A DNA stretch of 64,000 nucleotides, from positions 880,023 through 944,022 of the forward strand of contig RDEW01000022.1 of the NCBI GenBank assembly GCA_011109175.1, read 5' to 3'. Under the pieces are notes generated by a model. That model did no database searches and was not told the DNA's origin. It worked only from the letters and a program-made list of their open reading frames with translations. The position numbers and the translations under genes were made by a program. This document shows, one piece after another, positions 62,323 through 64,000 of this stretch; position 1 is the stretch's first letter, and each line of letters opens with the position of its first letter. The stretch comes from Dicyema japonicum (Eukaryota > Animalia > Dicyemida).

Positions 62323-62809
62323 GCATGAATTGAGTCTCTTGTTTGATAGGACTTGCTCTTTCAAAGAACTCACCAATGATGAGTCTATGGGCATTGTAGG
62401 CTTCTGTGGCCGACTACTGAATTGATGAATCAAGGGATTAGGTGGGGGATACTTGAGATATCATGGTTCCTACTCTGGAGACTCTTGTTGGTTAGATCCC
62501 TTTTAAACTGGTTACTCCACAGTAAACCGGGAATACGAAGGCGGGTCACAGACTTTCCTTCTATTGTCCTCTTCTCTACAATCTCCCTTAATAGTCTTAG
62601 TAGTTTTTGTTGATCCTTATTAACTCCGCATTGGGTCTCATCCGGAGAGAAAACTCTAGAGTCGATCCCCTTGTTTTTCTGTGGGTCTCATGGATTTTTT
62701 TCCTTGGAGGTGGAAACCATCAAGTGATGATAGAATGATTCTCTGATAGATAGAGAAATTCTTCCCCCTTAATGCAAAGCTTACGAACTTCAGATTCCTT
62801 GTTCGACTA

Positions 62810-63320
62810 GAGCCAACCTGGGTTCTGCGAGATTTATTATAAATTTTTAATAATAATTTTTAATTATTAAAATATATTAAACATCCACTCATGAGATTCA
62901 AAAAATATTGAATGCATCTACAAGGTGCAAGTTGGAAATGACGACAACTTAAAATAGCACCTTATGAAATATAGAATTATTTTGATTAAACAGGTGAGTT
63001 ATCTTGTAGCACGTTGTGGAGAGGCAAATACAATTGCGAAAATCTAATAAAGCCATGTTCAAAATAGATCATCCATACAGAAGTAAGATGGTTGTCATGT
63101 GGAAGAGTATTGGAACGTTTGTTCGAATTACAAAAAGAGTATTTCAAGAAACGAAATTTTCCAATTTACAATAATTTGGAAAACAATTTTTGTTTACAGA
63201 GAATTGCATATTTGGTTTCAATTTGTGATAAACTGAATAAATTTACATTATCACTACGAGGAAAATATCAATCTGTTTTTATTTTTAACGATAAAATGTT
63301 GGCCTTAAATGGAAAGTGAG
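62810..63320 (+). mobile_element. hAT Buster-type transposase relic
   Basis: HTEVRWLSCGRVLERLFEL and IAYLVSICDKLN..LSLRG motifs. Confidence 0.85.
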
Positions 63321-63769
63321 ATGGAATAGCCGTGCGGAAGTGCTTAATCGTAAGTATATAATCGTAACCGAATTAACTAAGCGGGTAAACCTTCCGCGGT
63401 CGTGTGGAACCTCTCAACTCGTCAAATGTTTTCACAATTCATTTTTGACGTACTAAAGTATGCTAGGAAGTGTGACTGTGGGCGTCCAAGTGATGTGATC
63501 GACTCTCAAGAATGTATCGGACTATCAAATTACTTTGACATGAAGACTTTTTACATGTTTATTTATTTTTATTATTTTTTTTAATTATTTATTTAAATAT
63601 AAACAGTAAATAACCATAAAAAGTTCCTTTCAGTAAAGGCTGAAAGCTCTTAGAACAGAATACGCATTTTCCTTTACTATTTGTAAGGAAATACGGTCAA
63701 TAAGCAAGTTCTTTTATCACTTATTATTTTTACTCTTCGCAAAACAATTCAACTTAGTTATTGTCGTAT

Positions 63770-64000
63770 AGTATCACGTCCGGGTAAAGTATCACGTCCG
63801 GGCTGATAAGTCTTACTTATCATTTTAAAACAAATGGTTACCGGCTTCTTTTCGGAGGAAAAACGAAATTTTTAATTTCGTCCAAAAACATGTTCGACGT
63901 AGCATGGGACAAAAATGGGAAACCTTGACAACGGTCCCCGATTTTAAAAAAAACGAAATTTTTAATTTCGTCCAAAAACATGTTCGACGTAGCATGGGAC
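63770..64000. repeat. Short direct repeats (agtatcacgtccggg twice; about 52-bp unit twice at 90-bp spacing), likely a transposon subterminal region continuing past the window
   Basis: aaaaacgaaatttttaatttcgtccaaaaacatgttcgacgtagcatgggac at 63859 and 63949. Confidence 0.7.

Overview
AT-rich eukaryotic (animal) genomic DNA, not prokaryotic. Five conserved host genes can be spliced by hand: PHKA (N-terminal half only), ERK1/2-type MAPK, a core-2/I-branching GlcNAc transferase, Arp2 and Sec6/EXOC3. They contain about 50 spliceosomal introns, nearly all 21-30 nt. That intron size plus the animal-type genes suggests a highly reduced animal such as a dicyemid mesozoan (inference only). The rest is mostly decayed transposons: Tc1, pogo/Tigger, hAT-Buster, Ginger-like, piggyBac-like ends, CRE-, R4-, RTE- and I/Jockey-like LINEs, and a tRNA-derived SINE. 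There are also assembly gaps and near-identical duplications at single-N joins. Strongest leads: (1) two tiny introns that appear to end in GG (TGG|ATT) and two that may end in AA, hinting at relaxed, length-guided 3' splice-site choice; (2) a 15.8-kb block bounded by TTAA-flanked 36-bp piggyBac-like inverted ends; (3) a possibly intact single-ORF LINE whose 3' end is shared with the SINE; (4) a SINE insertion that duplicates a PHKA splice donor exactly where the gene stops. All gene models and family calls come from manual translation and remembered family motifs, with no database search.
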